From a candidate division WS6 bacterium OLB20 (GTDB lineage Bacteria; Patescibacteriota; Dojkabacteria; B142; OLB20), in the NCBI GenBank assembly GCA_001567355.1, contig JYNZ01000002.1, positions 71,477 to 135,476 on the forward strand: a DNA stretch of 64,000 bases, read 5' to 3'. A program made the position numbers and the translations under genes. Positions 1 through 10,285 of this stretch are shown here, piece by piece. The notes below the pieces were generated by a model that saw only the letters and a list, made by a program, of their open reading frames with translations, had not been told where the DNA came from and made no database searches. Positions within the stretch are counted from its first letter, which is position 1. Every line of letters begins with the position of its first letter.

Positions 1-429
1 TGTCGGCAGCCAGTCATCCTGGTGAATCGCCCGCAGCGATGTCCTGACAGCCTCAACGGTCAGAAACAGATCGTCGGACTGAATAGCATTGCGAAATTCC
101 CGGCGCAACAGGTCAATCAGAGTGTCGCTGCCCGTGCGCTCACCCGCATCAACTATACGCTTGAGCGTCAGGCGCCAGAATGCCAGCAGCTCACGCTCAA
201 TCAGTTCGTTAAGATCGATCTGTACAAACAGCTGACGTGCATGGTTTCGGATGTACTTGCTGTATAGTTCTTCATGTTCGAGAAAGTGACTGAGCATTGA
301 GCCTATTCCCACCCGTTTCATACCGATTACCTCGACGGATTGCCGTCTGCTGATATGTTCACCAAGACGAGCAAGATCACTCTCCCGGTAATGAGAATCA
401 AGGTTGGGTTCTGGTGTACTTAGTGTCAT
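1..429 (-). CDS. hypothetical protein, partial (runs off the window start). Minus-strand ORF reading ...MTLSTPEPNLDSHYRESDLARLGEHISRRQSVEVIGMKRVGIGSMLSHFLEHEELYSKYIRNHARQLF...
   Basis: Translated by hand from the reverse complement of 1-429. It is open to the window edge and lies 42 nt upstream of the NUDIX gene on the same strand. Candidate starts are ATG at 429 or ATG at 321. The track ORF 22..267(+) is antisense to it. Confidence 0.4.
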   Translation of the reverse strand, partial: MTLSTPEPNLDSHYRESDLARLGEHISRRQSVEVIGMKRVGIGSMLSHFLEHEELYSKYIRNHARQLFVQIDLNELIERELLAFWRLTLKRIVDAGERTGSDTLIDLLRREFRNAIQSDDLFLTVEAVRTSLRAIHQDDWLPT

Positions 430-470
430 GTGCGTATTGTAGCGCAGAACTGTTCCGGATCTTACTGATG

Positions 471-1058
471 TCAGGAATTTGTCAGGTAGTCAGCGATTGC
501 TGTCTGCAAAATACCCGGCAGTTCATCGTGGATCCAGTTTGTGACCGGAAGCCTCCCGGCCATACTTTCGGTGTACAGATCTGTCAGGTCAAACCAGGCG
601 ATTGTCTCGATCTCTTGCTGATCAAACTGCAACTGGGTATCATCCGGCAGCAGGGCGGTGAATACATAGATATACTCAGTCTGAGAATCTGTTCCCGCTA
701 TGTACGTATCAGCGAGCCGTGCCTTGAGTGCGACAATACCGAGTTCCTCCTCCATTTCGCGCGCAAGCCCGGTGACAGCCGTCTCGCCATGCATAAGATG
801 GCCACCCACAGCCACGTCCCACATTCCAGCACCAAGATCTTTAGTAAGCGAACGCTGCTGCAGCAGCACCTGTCCATCTGTGTTAAACAGCCAGCAGTGA
901 ACCACCTGGTGAATCAGTTCAGGGTTTGCATGTGCTTCGTCACGTGTGGCCCTGCCAATCACATTTCCCTCACGGTCAACAATATCAAGCAGTTCTGCGT
1001 CCTTGCTCATAGGAATAAAAATATACTTCTGCATCATACCAGAAAGAACATGCGACAT
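471..1058 (-). CDS. NUDIX hydrolase
   Basis: Nudix box GGHLMHGETAVTGLAREMEEELG (GX5EX7REUXEEXGU); 195 aa. Confidence 0.8.
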   Translation of the reverse strand: MSHVLSGMMQKYIFIPMSKDAELLDIVDREGNVIGRATRDEAHANPELIHQVVHCWLFNTDGQVLLQQRSLTKDLGAGMWDVAVGGHLMHGETAVTGLAREMEEELGIVALKARLADTYIAGTDSQTEYIYVFTALLPDDTQLQFDQQEIETIAWFDLTDLYTESMAGRLPVTNWIHDELPGILQTAIADYLTNS

Positions 1059-1076
1059 GATAAAATACTATGAGCC

Positions 1077-1979
1077 ATGGTAGCAAACAGAGCAGAAACA
1101 AATTCAGTGGTTACGATCTCCAGTCGCGAACTGACAGGTATGCTTCCGCATGCACGTCCGGATTTTCACACATTTGCACAGACTCATTTTGCATGTACAG
1201 GTCTCCAGTCAACAGAAACAGAGCTTGAGTCACACTATATTCGTGCATACGGACCGGATCAGCTGGAGCTGATTGTATCAGCAATACCCGAGACGGCAGC
1301 TGTTATGCGGCTTGTCCGGTCTAATAGAGACAGAACCGAAATTACTGCTGTCAGTGTTGATGGTGCGTTTTTCAGCAGGGAGGTATATGCTGCAGAGCAG
1401 GGAAGCGCTCAGCAGGTGCTGGTCTCCCGTCACAGATACAAAGATTCAGGTGCTGCCAAGCAGATCGAAGTGACAGTGCCCGTCACGTATCACGAAAGAT
1501 CCGGATTGTGGAACAGACCCGGACAGCTTTACGCACGGGCAGTATTTGCTGATGAGCCAATGCCGGGGATTCCTCCCTATGACTTTGTCTGCCTTTCCCC
1601 TGCAAGCAGGATAAGCTACCATATGCTACCGGTGATTACCCCTGATACCTATCTCGAAGATGAAGACGCCACCATGACTGATGTCTCGGACTGCACAAAG
1701 GCTAAAATTCTTCGGATAGAACGGGGGGAACAGGATCTTGTTGTAGCGTCAAAATATGGTTATGCTCTACTTCCCGGTGAGATCAACTGGAACGAATCCT
1801 TCACACCGGAACAGTTTGGCGGCTCCGTCGTCTATTCTCCCAACGGTACAGAAAGTAATACAGTTAAACATCTGTCAGCTTCCGGGACGCGTGAGTTGCT
1901 TCAGGCTCGCAGACCCAAGCCCAACCCTATTAAAAAGGCACTGGTCATTGCTGCAAGCCTGATCGGCAGAAACGCTTGA
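1077..1979 (+). CDS. hypothetical protein (300 aa)
   Basis: Long ORF with typical codon usage; no motif I recognise. Confidence 0.45.
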   Translation: MVANRAETNSVVTISSRELTGMLPHARPDFHTFAQTHFACTGLQSTETELESHYIRAYGPDQLELIVSAIPETAAVMRLVRSNRDRTEITAVSVDGAFFSREVYAAEQGSAQQVLVSRHRYKDSGAAKQIEVTVPVTYHERSGLWNRPGQLYARAVFADEPMPGIPPYDFVCLSPASRISYHMLPVITPDTYLEDEDATMTDVSDCTKAKILRIERGEQDLVVASKYGYALLPGEINWNESFTPEQFGGSVVYSPNGTESNTVKHLSASGTRELLQARRPKPNPIKKALVIAASLIGRNA

Positions 1980-2184
1980 CGGACTGCTCCTTCATCAACT
2001 ATTGTAAATGCATTCCTTCGGGGCAGGGTGAAATTCCCAGACCGGTGGTACAGCCCACGAGTCTTTCTGCTAACTACAGACGACATGATCCGGTGTGATT
2101 CCGGAGCCGACGGTACAGTCCGGATACGCCAGTGGCGTAATTCTGCTGACAGCAGGATATAAGAAGGACAGTCACCGCAGCTGA

Positions 2185-3195
2185 GTGCTGCGGGTGCTGC
2201 ATTTACCCCGTTGGACCATCTTACCTGTTAGCATTCTCACTATGAGAGGCAAACAATTTGCTGGTCCGGCACTGGTAATGATTGCAGCTGCTCTGTGGGC
2301 GCTTGACGCTCTTATCAGGACGCAGCTTACTGCAATCATTCCCTCCGCCTGGATCGTTTTACTCGAGCATCTGGTCGGTTTTCTGCTGCTGATGCCGCTG
2401 TTGCTTAATAACAGAAAGCGGATCAGTACCATGACGAAGCGTGACTGGGTTGTCATGATTGTACTGAGCGCGGTCAGCAGTGTTGCAGGCACGCTGCTGT
2501 TTACAGAAGCACTGAGCAGAAGCTTTGCCGGTTATGACTTTGTGACGCCTGTGCTCCTTCAGAAGCTGCAGCCGCTGATCGTAGTCCTGCTTTCTTTTGT
2601 TGTCCTGCACGAACGCCCGGGTATCAGGTTTTATGCGCTTATCCCGGTAGCACTGATCGGCAGTTACATGATCAGTTTCGGGACAGATCCCGTAACGGTA
2701 GATCTCAAGCAGCAGACCGAGGTTGTACTGCTGGCTCTTGGAGCTGCAATAGCATGGGGGAGCGGCACAGTAATGAGTAAACATCTGCTTGTTAAACTTG
2801 ATTTTGCTGAAGCAACAGCGCTGCGGTTTTTGTTTGCAGTGCCCCTAAGTATTGTTGCTATCGCACTGACCGGTCAGCAGCTGGACACATCTGTTCTGAG
2901 TTTTGATGTCATAATCCGGTTTGTGGTGATTGCGTTCTCAACAGGCGCTGCAGCTATCCTTCTGTATTACCGCGGTCTCAAGCTGACGCGTGCGTCTGTT
3001 GCAACATTTGCAGAACTTACGTTTCCGGTTGTCTCTGTTCTGATTGCAATCACAGCACTTAATCCCTATGGTGCGCCGCAGCAGTTATCGCTGGCAAATC
3101 AATTTGGTATAGTACTGTTACTTATAGCCATCATTCTGATCAGCTTTGAAGCAGACAGACGAAAACTGGGTACAGGCGACGGTGCTCCACGGTGA
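2185..3195 (+). CDS. DMT/EamA-family membrane transporter
   Basis: About 10 predicted TM helices with a two-fold EamA-like hydrophobic pattern. The true start may be the ATG at 2242 (MRGKQFAG...). Confidence 0.65.
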   Translation: MLRVLHLPRWTILPVSILTMRGKQFAGPALVMIAAALWALDALIRTQLTAIIPSAWIVLLEHLVGFLLLMPLLLNNRKRISTMTKRDWVVMIVLSAVSSVAGTLLFTEALSRSFAGYDFVTPVLLQKLQPLIVVLLSFVVLHERPGIRFYALIPVALIGSYMISFGTDPVTVDLKQQTEVVLLALGAAIAWGSGTVMSKHLLVKLDFAEATALRFLFAVPLSIVAIALTGQQLDTSVLSFDVIIRFVVIAFSTGAAAILLYYRGLKLTRASVATFAELTFPVVSVLIAITALNPYGAPQQLSLANQFGIVLLLIAIILISFEADRRKLGTGDGAPR

Positions 3196-3535
3196 CCGGC
3201 AGGGCAGGACTATCGGGTATCCGACAGTCAACCTGGATCCGTCACTGCTGCCTGTAGACCTGACGCGCGGTGTTTACGCATGCACTGTCAGATACGATGG
3301 TATGACCTATCTCGGTGCATTATACTTCGGTCCCAAGCTTGTTAATAATAAAGAGGCCGATGTGCTTGAGATACATCTGCTCGAGTTTAACAAGACAATT
3401 TACGGCGAAGAGATTCAATTCAAACTGGCGGATTTTATCCGGGGAGTTATGGATTTTGATTCGTATCCGGATCTCCGTAAACAGCTGATGGCGGATATAG
3501 CTGAAATTGAGGAACGTACGCATGCTGCAGCTTGA
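3146..3535 (+). CDS. riboflavin kinase domain protein (monofunctional RFK-like)
   Basis: GRTIGYPTVNL motif (RibF C-terminal GxPTAN). 129 aa with no FAD-synthetase domain upstream. Confidence 0.6.
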   Translation: MKQTDENWVQATVLHGDRQGRTIGYPTVNLDPSLLPVDLTRGVYACTVRYDGMTYLGALYFGPKLVNNKEADVLEIHLLEFNKTIYGEEIQFKLADFIRGVMDFDSYPDLRKQLMADIAEIEERTHAAA

Positions 3536-3914
3536 TCAGGTGAAAACAATAGCCGTCGTGGGCGTCTCTGAGAATGCAGATAAATACGGGACCCGTGTAT
3601 ACAGGACATTAAAGAGCAGAGACGGATTGAACGTACTCGCTATTAACCCCAAACACAAGGAACTCTGGGGAGATCAGGTTTGGCCTGATCTGGTGGCAAC
3701 AGAGCAGCGGATTGATCTTGCCGTGTTTGTTGTCCCCCCGGGTGTGGGGCTTAGGCTGCTCGATGATGTCAGACTTGCTGGTATTGCTGCTGTCTGGCTG
3801 CAGCCTGGCGCAGAGTCAGAGCAGGTTATTGAAAGGTGTCAGGAATACGGAATCGAATGCATCCATGATGCATGCATTATTGTGGACGGCTACGGTATGC
3901 GGTTTCTCTACTAG
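3522..3914 (+). CDS. CoA-binding protein (YccU-like)
   Basis: IAVVGVSENADKYG...PPGV Rossmann/CoA-binding pattern; 130 aa. Confidence 0.65.
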   Translation: MLQLDQVKTIAVVGVSENADKYGTRVYRTLKSRDGLNVLAINPKHKELWGDQVWPDLVATEQRIDLAVFVVPPGVGLRLLDDVRLAGIAAVWLQPGAESEQVIERCQEYGIECIHDACIIVDGYGMRFLY

Positions 3915-4061
3915 TTACGTTGTATGCCATCAATATTTCAGGGAGAGGTTGAAAGCAAATCTCTTGCAGGTTATTACATACACTCTGCAGGGTCGCCAGA
4001 GTAACTCTCAGGAAAAACTGACTGAAAACTGATTCAGTCTGAGGTGAATCGCTGCTAGGTC

Positions 4062-4277
4062 TTAGCCGTTGTTTCCAACAAACCTGAATGCAGGGAATAC
4101 CTGACCCTGGGTTGTTTTGCCAGCGGCCGTGATTAGTGTAGAATTCAGCGCTGGTACATTCAGAGTATCAGCAGCACGTTCCTGTCTGACCCAGCCTTCG
4201 CCTTCAGGAAGTTCGGTTATGTCGTGTACGACTGTCGTTCTGTCTCTGTCTGCCATGATAGGTGCGAGATCAGTCAT
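4062..4277 (-). CDS. small hypothetical protein (71 aa)
   Basis: ORF divergent from the 4379 gene across an AT-rich promoter region. Confidence 0.3.
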   Translation of the reverse strand: MTDLAPIMADRDRTTVVHDITELPEGEGWVRQERAADTLNVPALNSTLITAAGKTTQGQVFPAFRFVGNNG

Positions 4278-4343
4278 AATAGGAATCTAATATACTTTAA
4301 TTATACCTCAGATACTATAAGATTTTCAAATCTGAGGGTGGTT

Positions 4344-4352
4344 TGTTATAAT
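4344..4352 (+). promoter_or_regulatory. extended -10 promoter element TGTTATAAT
   Basis: Perfect TGnTATAAT in a ~100 nt AT-rich intergenic region, 26 nt upstream of the ATG at 4379. Confidence 0.5.
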
Positions 4353-4378
4353 AATAGTTATATATTACTAATATATAG

Positions 4379-5997
4379 ATGGAGTATCATTCACAGCGAT
4401 TGGATGGTGAGTCTGCTCAAGCAGTACTTGCAGAGACAGATGAGCTGTTTACGGCAGAATCCTTTGCATCTGGAGATGCAACACGGATAGAGTTTCCCGG
4501 CTTCAAAGATTCGGATCTTCCGCTGGATATGATGCCTGTAGATGTATTTAACGGACCTGCATCAAGAACAGTACAAGCTGATAATTCACGAACAGTTCGC
4601 ATGGTCGCAAAGGTTGATCTTACGAACGACCCGCGCAGCAGCACGTACGTCGTACAGCCTGATACAGAACGTATTCAGTTTGGTTACCATGTTGACGCAG
4701 CCGGAGTCTGTACAGAGGTTTCACTTTCAATGATGATTCAGCAGAAGCAGGGACGTGTATTTAAAAACGGGGAGCTGCTTCATGTTGAGAAACTGAGCCT
4801 GAATGATTCAAGTGCGGTTACGGCAACAATTGCAGCCTATGAAAAAAGCGTCACAAAACTTGGAGCGCCAAACCATAATGGCAACTATTTTGCATACCTG
4901 CTCGAACAGGCCCAGGCAAACAGGGAACTTAAGGATCAGTATGACCTTTCGCACAGTGAGGCATTAAGATTGAACTGGGCGCTGCTTGTTGATGAGGCAA
5001 TCTCGGATATTGCAAATGCTGTAGAAACCTCTCTGGTTAGAGTAGCTGAAGAATATGACAGAATGATGCTTGGAGAGGATATTGGTGAAGGACATCCGCT
5101 CTTTGCTTTGTATGCTTCTCCGATTACCTCGGGAGACACTGCAGTCGTAGACAGATCTGATATTTACTTCGGTGCAGTAGGATCCGTTGTTCAGGAAATG
5201 CTCGCCTCACTCTCGCATCCCCACAATATGCCGGTCGAAATGTTGAAGGAGCGTGAACCGGTACTGGCTGACAAAGCGCCGGTTGACATGAGAATCCGTG
5301 AACGGAGAAGTACGTACTATGAGGGTGCGCAGCCACCGCTGTCAATCGCGCATGAATTTGCAGGTATTATGTCAGATAGAAACAAGCGCAACATTTTTCA
5401 GCCGATGCAGTCTGATGCGTGGATCAGCAAGTTCAGCGAAATGTACAATCTTGAGGACTTCTCCGCTGATTACGGTTCCCCGCTCGTCAGGCTGATGCTG
5501 CATTACTACACAATGCGCGGCTATATCGGTCAGAACACACTGGATAAGGCAGTCGGCAGGCACTACCAGATGGATCCGTGGGATCCGTTTTTGTACTGCT
5601 GGTGCAGAAACAGCATGAGCTTGCTGCTGGTGAGATAGACAGCGAAACAAGGATTGAAGTGTTTAAACAGATGACAATACCGTTTATCAACTCGCTCACA
5701 TCGCTACTTATGCAGTACGCACCCGGTGTTAGGTTTATGTATCTGCACAGTGATGAGAAAATGGAAGGTTTTGACAGAACGCGGACATATGGACCTGTCA
5801 TGGAATCAATGCTGACCACAAGACGTAAACGTCCAGGTGAGCGCGAACTTAAACCTGGTACAGGTATGCTTGCAGTTGCTCAGATGATGACTCTTAACCT
5901 TGATCCTCCGGATACTGCTGACACAGATGAAGGTAGTTCGGAAGACGATTCACAGAAGCCGGGCCACAGCAGGGGCAGAAAGAGCTGGCTGAAGTAA
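4379..5997 (+). CDS. hypothetical protein (~540 aa), interrupted by an apparent 1-nt indel at the T5 run 5588-5592
   Basis: Track ORFs 4379..5638 and 5578..5997 overlap in different frames. Adding one T to the run gives a continuous ...MDPWDPFFVLLVQKQHELAAGEIDSE... reading. Confidence 0.5.
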
Positions 5998-6057
5998 CGG
6001 CTGCAGGCAGAGGTAAAAAGGCACCCGCACGGGTGCCCTTTTTAGGTCTCCCAACAA

Positions 6058-6432
6058 TCAGTAGATACCTGCCACTTTAAATGGCGAGTTGTGCATCATG
6101 ACAATATCGCCGATCTGTTTTCCCATAAGTTCTGCATAGTTGGCTGCATCAACCCAGATAGTGGCGCCAATTTTGGTTGAGACAAGTTTGACTGTTGATC
6201 CAGCCTGAACAATAGCCTCATGCACGATACGTCTGCGACTGTACCGGGAGAGATGGCGCTTGTACTTTTCAATATTGCTGCTGTGCAGTGATGCTCTGGA
6301 GAGCAGCTGAAGATAATGCTTGTTTGAAAGAGACGGTTCCTGCTGGGAGAGTCTGGATTCGATCTGTCTGAGGGTAATGTGCTCCTGCTTAATTAATGCT
6401 TTAAGTGCTGCTCTGACAGTTTGTGCTTCCAT
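6058..6432 (-). CDS. GreA/GreB-family C-terminal-domain protein (Rnk-like regulator)
   Basis: C-terminal VQAGSTVKL...IWVDAANYAELMGKQIGDIV resembles the GreA FKBP-like domain (GS.V.L..., A...S.SPLA.AL.GK.VGD). It is short (124 aa), as Rnk is. Confidence 0.4.
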   Translation of the reverse strand: MEAQTVRAALKALIKQEHITLRQIESRLSQQEPSLSNKHYLQLLSRASLHSSNIEKYKRHLSRYSRRRIVHEAIVQAGSTVKLVSTKIGATIWVDAANYAELMGKQIGDIVMMHNSPFKVAGIY

Positions 6433-6572
6433 CTGAGATCAGATGTAACATGTAATGTATTTTATAAAACGAATTCTTCTGATTTCATTACCCGAAAATT
6501 AACAGAACACTGCATAAGTTGCCGGCGTATTTTTCTGATCCCGGCGGGCAGTGATGCTATAATTGCTCATTC

Positions 6573-8166
6573 ATGGCGTTACCCCAGTCGATTACACAAC
6601 TCGTGGCCGCTCACGTGCAGGACAGAAAACGGCTGGAACACAGCGGGGCGCTTCCACAGCTGTCCGTAAGCAGGACTGCCAGTGCAATGGCAAAGTTTTA
6701 TGAGATGGTTCGCAACTCTCTGGAGTACGAGGAAGACCATCTGTTACGAAAGCGAGCCATCAGACGTGTACTGATGCGCATGGGTATACTCAGACGCGAG
6801 GTCACAGAACAGCTTGCACGGGACGTCGTGCGAGAGATGATCTGGGCAAACTACGTTGCAGGATATCCGATACCTGAAACATTACCCCAGTATGTCCAGA
6901 AAAGCCTGGCGAAGTACAGGAAGCTTGTTGTTACCTACATTCATACTTACGGTCACCGTCCTGACGGAGATATCGCCCGGTTTATATATTCCCTGATGGC
7001 CGTCGAGGTTGAGCGTATTCTTGTGCCTCACTCTGCACAGGATATGCAGGTTAATGCCATGTATACGTTTCTGTTACCCATGCAGCTGTTCAAGGACGCC
7101 GGTATCGAAGAAAAAAACATTGCACTGCAGACCTACATCGCTTCTCATCGTGCTCTGCTTAAATCAGATAATGATATTATCTCGTACTATCTGTTTCATA
7201 ACGCTTTGCCGCACTGGCCAAATCCACCTGCCGATTACTACCAGTTTGCTGCACGCCAGCTGGAACGGATTGTCAGAGATATCCGTTCGCAGCTGGGAGT
7301 ATATATCAATCCCAAGCTGACACATGAGGTTGTCAGGCAGGGTATACCATTCAAAATTATTGATCTGATCGTCAGGGACAATCCTGCAGGGGCTGAGGCT
7401 GTTCTGGATGATTCGGGAGCCCTTGATGAAAAGATCGAAGCCGTTGCAACTGACGAGTACCGAAAGATCAAGGGTAAACTTAACGGGACTATTATCAAGA
7501 GCATAATCTACCTGTTTATTACCAAAGCAGTATTTGCTCTGCTGGTTGAGGTTCCCTACGAACATTTTGTTCTTGGTCACATTAATTACTTTACTGTCGC
7601 GGTTAATGTGATTTTTCCGCCGGTGATGCTGTTTATGATCGCCAGCACATTCAGCATTCCTGTGCGGTCAAATACAGCCAAGCTGAAAGAGATGATCCAT
7701 ACTATTCTCAACCCCACAAGTGTTGATATGTCTGCGATCCGAAAGAACTATGCTGATATGGGCAGCCCTTTCCTGCGCTGGGCATTCCGGCTGTTTAATC
7801 TGCTGACATTTTTCGCGGTGTTTGCATTTATCATTACCGGTCTTCTGCTACTTGGCTTCAATATCGTAGGGATTCTGGTGTTTCTGATGTTTCTGACTAT
7901 TATCATGTTTGTGGCGCTTCGTCTGCGCAGAACCGCTACAGAAATTGTTGTGGTGCAGCAGTCGCGCAGTGTGTTCTCTCCGTTTCTGGATCTTGTATCA
8001 GTGCCGCTTTTGCGCATCGGCAGAGGATTGTCCGATACAGTTGCGCAGCTCAATGTATTTATTATTTTTTTTTGACGTTCTGGTAGAGGCACCGTTTAAG
8101 GCCGTAATCAAGGTGATCGAGGAGTGGACGGCGTACCTGCGTGACCGCCGCGATGAGATTGTCTGA
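6573..8166 (+). CDS. membrane protein, hypothetical (~530 aa); apparent 1-nt indel in the T9 run 8065-8073
   Basis: N-terminal soluble region followed by about 4 C-terminal TM helices. The track ORF 7909..8166 continues the reading frame after the T run (...NVFIIFF/FDVLVEAPFKAVIKVIEEW...). Confidence 0.5.
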
Positions 8167-8333
8167 ACATTCTGCGAAGCCCGAAAATTGCAGGGGCCTG
8201 TCAGCCCCGCCCCTGTAACTATTGTAGCGGAAAAACGATTAAACAATCTTTAACACATGCAGCAACAAGCGCAGATGTCTGCTGCTCCTGCTTTACCCCA
8301 CAGACACACTCACGTATAATTGATTGCTTAACA

Positions 8334-8744
8334 ATGGAAGACTTAAAGGGACGACTATTCACAGATGGTGGCGCACGAGGCAACCCGGGACCGGCAGGAC
8401 TCGGGGCAATCCTGTTTGCAGAAGATCATCGCATGCTGGGGTTTGATGCCCGTTATGGTGGCGAACTGACAAACAACCAGGCAGAATACCGTGCGCTCCT
8501 GATGGGGCTTGATCTGGCAATTGAACACGGAATCAGAGATCTGCTTGTGTATATGGACAGCGAACTCGCAGTCAAACAGATGAAGGGTGAATACCGGGTG
8601 AAAAACGACGATATCGCTCAACTGAAGACACAGGTTGACGCACGGCTCGCAAAGTTTGATTCCGTCGGTTTTATCCATGTTCCGCGCGAGCAGAACAGGC
8701 ACGCAGACCGGCTCGTAAATATTGTACTCGACTCACGCTCATGA
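8334..8744 (+). CDS. rnhA: ribonuclease HI
   Basis: TDGGARGNPGPAG...NNQAEYRAL...D...ADRLVN catalytic DEDD pattern of type-1 RNase H. A TATAAT-like -10 (cgtATAATt) lies about 15 nt upstream. Confidence 0.85.
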   Translation: MEDLKGRLFTDGGARGNPGPAGLGAILFAEDHRMLGFDARYGGELTNNQAEYRALLMGLDLAIEHGIRDLLVYMDSELAVKQMKGEYRVKNDDIAQLKTQVDARLAKFDSVGFIHVPREQNRHADRLVNIVLDSRS

Positions 8745-10285
8745 AAAAGCTTAATGTAGGAACATACTCCAAGGGATCAAGGTTGAAACAGGTTGAAAAA
8801 CCTGCCGGATCTGGAACATCCCGGCCAAAGAACGGTGGTGGACGTTCATCCCGTAAAGACAGACCAGCGACACGTATCCCGGTTAAGCGGGCAGCAATGG
8901 TTCTTGGTGGCCTGTTTTTTGCAGGGATGCTTGTATTCGGCTATATGCGGCTTCAGGCAATTAATGCCCGGGTGGAAAAATTTGATGAGGGCGGCAATAA
9001 AATCGAGTGCACAAACATTCTTAATCCTGAGTGCTGGACAGACGCATTCAAGCCGCAGCTCAAACAGACTGATGGCTTTACCAACGGTCTCGTTGTGGGA
9101 CTTGATACGAGGACGGGGGGATCTGATTCTCTGCGCAATACTGATACCATCATGTTCTTTTCGTTCAATCACGAAACGCAGAAGACAATGCTGGTTTCAA
9201 TACCCCGTGATTTCTATGTGCCTGTATACGCTACCAAGATAAACGCCATTTACGCGTTTACCGGTGACAGAAAGCCTGAGGATCCATTTTTCTATCTTAA
9301 GGAGACGGTAAGCGACATTGTCGGTCAGCCTATCCACTATTTTGCCACAGTACGTTTTGAAGGCGTCACAGAGGCCATTGACAAGATCGGTGGTATCGAA
9401 GTCTGTATTGAAGATACTCTCACTGCTCAGTATCCGAATGATGAGGCGACTGCATCAAGTCCTGACCAATGGTTGTTTTATGAGTTTGAAGAGGGCTGTC
9501 AGCAGCTCGATGGCGAGCATGCACTTGTCTGGTCCAGGTTCCGCTATGTAAGAAAGGGGCCAAGCGTTTACGCATCTGACTTCTCGAGGGCACGAAGGCA
9601 GCAGCAGGTTCTGGAGTCGGTAAAGGATAAACTGCTCGGTGAAGACAGCTCAGTGTCAGAGAAAGCAGAGTATTACTGGTCCCTGATCGAAACGTTCAGT
9701 GAATCAGTTACGTTCTACGACCTTGCGTTTGAGGACATACTGGCAGGTCTGGCGTTTCTAGATACTGCTGATAAAGATCCCGTAAATGTCGTTCTGGATC
9801 CTGCACTTGGGGGCTATAATTCGCTGATTTATGCGGACAGCTCCACTTCAGCCGGATACACTATCCGAGCCCGTGATGAGTCATACTCGGCGATTCAGAG
9901 CTACCTGGAAAGTATCTGGAAGTTCTCCGATTTCTGGAAGGAGCAACCGACAATTGTTGTGCGGAATGTTTCTGATGTCAAACTGCTTCCAGATGATCAT
10001 CCGGCAGTTGCTCTCAAGGACGATATCGAATTCTACAACGAAATCCTCTACTACAATGAAGAACAGACCGACCAGTTTGCAGGGATAAAAATCTTCGATT
10101 TCACCGCTGGCGAAGTGCCGGGAAGCCTGTCCTGGATCAGTGACTATCTGGGTGTCGACGTCTCTGAGGAGTTGCCTGAACAGTATGGTTTTGAACGAAG
10201 CAGTAAAGAAGAGGATATTCTCATCGTGGTCGGACCGGCAGAGCTACCCACCCCGACACCTTCTGATAGTCCTGAAGCTCAGTAA
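8741..10285 (+). CDS. LytR-CpsA-Psr (LCP) family cell-envelope phosphotransferase
   Basis: N-terminal TM followed by an LCP core (GLDTRTGG...NTDTIMFFSFNHETQKTMLVSIPRDFYVP...INAIYAFTG...VRFEGVTEAIDKIGGIEVCIED). Confidence 0.8.
   Translation: MKKLNVGTYSKGSRLKQVEKPAGSGTSRPKNGGGRSSRKDRPATRIPVKRAAMVLGGLFFAGMLVFGYMRLQAINARVEKFDEGGNKIECTNILNPECWTDAFKPQLKQTDGFTNGLVVGLDTRTGGSDSLRNTDTIMFFSFNHETQKTMLVSIPRDFYVPVYATKINAIYAFTGDRKPEDPFFYLKETVSDIVGQPIHYFATVRFEGVTEAIDKIGGIEVCIEDTLTAQYPNDEATASSPDQWLFYEFEEGCQQLDGEHALVWSRFRYVRKGPSVYASDFSRARRQQQVLESVKDKLLGEDSSVSEKAEYYWSLIETFSESVTFYDLAFEDILAGLAFLDTADKDPVNVVLDPALGGYNSLIYADSSTSAGYTIRARDESYSAIQSYLESIWKFSDFWKEQPTIVVRNVSDVKLLPDDHPAVALKDDIEFYNEILYYNEEQTDQFAGIKIFDFTAGEVPGSLSWISDYLGVDVSEELPEQYGFERSSKEEDILIVVGPAELPTPTPSDSPEAQ

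Noticed and set aside
414-1073. 219-aa plus-strand ORF, and other long antisense ORFs (e.g. 22..267+, 8355..8702-, 20983..21483-, 59242..60063-)
   Set aside because: They lie antisense to genes with clear family signatures (NUDIX, RNase H, UmuD/UmuC, sugar dehydrogenase). They have low-complexity or Cys/Arg-rich translations, so they are shadow ORFs.
3590-3605. Additional GTATACAGG half-sites (also ~12234) considered as extra LexA operators
   Set aside because: These are single half-sites located inside coding sequences, with no inverted partner. They are likely chance occurrences.
8185-8216. Hairpin caggggc-ctgtca-gcccctg after the 6573..8166 gene, considered as an intrinsic terminator
   Set aside because: There is no downstream U-tract. 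It may still be a weak or Rho-dependent stop, but it cannot be called.
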